NCBI GenBank assembly: GCA_008632985.1
Contig: QPGO01000125.1
Coordinates: 124,001-188,000 of the forward strand
Direction: 5' to 3'
Source: Psammoneis japonica
Taxonomy: Eukaryota
Length of the DNA stretch: 64,000 bases
The notes beneath the pieces were generated by a model, which worked only from the letters and a program-made list of their open reading frames with translations, had not been told where the DNA came from and did not search any database. A program made the position numbers and the translations under genes. Position 1 is the stretch's first letter; each line of letters opens with the position of its first letter. Shown here piece by piece: positions 62,281 to 64,000 of this stretch.

Positions 62281-63100
62281 GTCATGGATCCTGTGGATTC
62301 CCTGCCATCGCCTCGGCTGTCCGATCTTCGATGACATGGCAGAGTGACGCTTCTGCATCATGAATGCTTCGATACGTGTACTGTAAGAGCTGTAGCAGAA
62401 ACAAAGGCGCCGATTGATGGCGGCCGTTGATGTTGATTGATGGGCCATTTTCGCTCGTTTCTGGGAACGAGTACGGGTCTGTAGGGCGTAGGGCAGGGAA
62501 TACTGTCTGATGTCTAATTTTAAATAAATAATAATATTCAATCACGAATATAGTAATGCGGAATCCGTTTTGGATTGGAGGGAGAAGAAGCAATTGTACA
62601 TGTTCTACGTACTTCTACGCAATTTTGAAAATTTGGTTTAGATGGATACACTGATCACTTTAGAGTACCGTAGAAACCCGCACAGGGATAGCATTGCTTT
62701 TGTGGACATTTTCCATCATTGCGGCTGGAGAAGGCTTGGCGTGTTATTTATGGCGATGTCCGGAGACTGCCGGATGCATGCCAGTCGCTGATGCGTTGTT
62801 GAGGTTCAAAAAATCGAAAAGATATCGTTGATGTCGTAGCCCTACATTTCTACGTAACACACAAGTAGGAACAAAACGAATCGAATTACGCCACGTCATG
62901 CCTTTGAAGGGAAGAATTTCGACAAACCAGGCGCGCAAGCTATGGAAGCGCCGTTTTTGTCGCTCTCACAACATGTTGGATGTCACACACACACAATCCT
63001 ATAGCATCGCTAGTCTATGTACCTTTCCCGCCTTAATCTTTTAGACTATCAACACTCTACTAGTAGAGGTACTGACACTCCAAGGCGCTCGACTTTTGGT

Positions 63101-64000
63101 ATGTTGTCTTCAACGGTACAATCTCTGGACCCGTCGCGAAAGGAAGCAGGGACAGAAGTCAAGAATGCGTCTCAGGATGGATTCTCAAGGGGCAAAGTTT
63201 TTCGCGCAAAGGAGATCACGAGTGACAATGAGGTTCATTCCCCTGGAACATGCATTGGATGTGGTGTCCGCACCCACAAGATTAAAAGGTTCAGCGCAAA
63301 CAAGCCAATCACCGGTGCCAATGTGTACAAAGGAATTTGCATCGCATGCAACCCGGAACTTGCCCCTCAGAAAGCTCTCGAAAGGGATGAATCTGTGGAT
63401 GAAACACCGGTCAGTGTCATAACGATTACTAATTCCTCTACTGACTCGCAAGCTTCCTTTGAAGACTCGGTCGCTACCTACGACGATGATGCTGGTCCTG
63501 TTGACGAGCCTACGAAGGGCCCGGGTCGTTCGACCTCCGAACGCATTGTCCAATACGTCTCCTCGGATATCGTTGAGGAAAAAGTCGCGTTCAACGACAT
63601 CTCCGCGCTCAACGCCGCCAGCCAAGCGATGACTGAAGCGCTGTCGACTATGGATGCCCTCTCGATCCATGATGCAGTCGGGTTGCTTACAAAAACAGCA
63701 GAGACTGCGACGTTTGTAAAGAAGTTTTTTCCTGGGGCCATTGGAAGTTCTCAAGTCCTGAAACAAGTTGCACCGGTTATCGAACGCAAGGGGTTTACAC
63801 CAGAAAACACGCTTTTCGCTCAAAGCATCTGCCCCGACGAGATCAATCACGAGCCCGAGGACTTGCCGAATCTATTTGCCGAATATCTCGGTGAGGTGTT
63901 TCATTTGGGTGGGTTGGCTGGAGTCCCCTTTACTGGAAAGACGGGTTTCGGTGCCTTCAGTCATCACGTTCCAGAGTCGGGGCATTTGTTTATTCTCATG
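63101..64000 (+). CDS. LCIB: LCIB/theta-type carbonic anhydrase family protein (runs off window)
   Basis: Open frame from ATG 63101: FFPGA...GFTPENTLFAQSICPDEINH...VFHLGGLAGVPFTGKTGFGAFSHHVP. Confidence 0.9.
   Translation, partial: MLSSTVQSLDPSRKEAGTEVKNASQDGFSRGKVFRAKEITSDNEVHSPGTCIGCGVRTHKIKRFSANKPITGANVYKGICIACNPELAPQKALERDESVDETPVSVITITNSSTDSQASFEDSVATYDDDAGPVDEPTKGPGRSTSERIVQYVSSDIVEEKVAFNDISALNAASQAMTEALSTMDALSIHDAVGLLTKTAETATFVKKFFPGAIGSSQVLKQVAPVIERKGFTPENTLFAQSICPDEINHEPEDLPNLFAEYLGEVFHLGGLAGVPFTGKTGFGAFSHHVPESGHLFILM

Overview
This is eukaryotic nuclear DNA, very probably from a diatom. That is an inference from the bifunctional DHFR-TS, bipartite plastid-targeting leaders, an LCIB/theta-type carbonic anhydrase, HA-repeat proteins and short GT-AG introns. 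About 20 protein genes are present: a CCCH zinc-finger protein, DHFR-TS, two paralogous secreted Cys-domain proteins, a DIX+J-domain protein, SPF27, PCID2, two HA-domain proteins, a plastid protein, a NIT-domain kinase, NAA25, a PrsW-type protease, a KH protein, an EEP enzyme, two small paralogous ORFs, an Arb2/FAM172 protein, a RING-H2 membrane protein, MiaB and LCIB/theta-CA. The genes are interleaved with a 5'-truncated CRE-like LINE, a full-length Ty3/Gypsy LTR retrotransposon (175-bp LTRs, CTAAT target-site duplication) and two unidentifiable repeat-like blocks. The outstanding signal is that TpA dinucleotides have been almost erased from the LTR element and both blocks by TA->TG / TA->CA changes (A:T->G:C). 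All 13 differences between the two LTRs fit this rule. Conserved Tyr codons of pol read Cys or His. Surviving TpAs are nearly all in TAA/TTA context. This looks like a repeat-targeted, DNA-level, post-insertion A-to-G hypermutation system, the mirror image of fungal RIP. Several single-base frameshifts in housekeeping genes suggest indel errors in the assembly, so read-level confirmation is needed.
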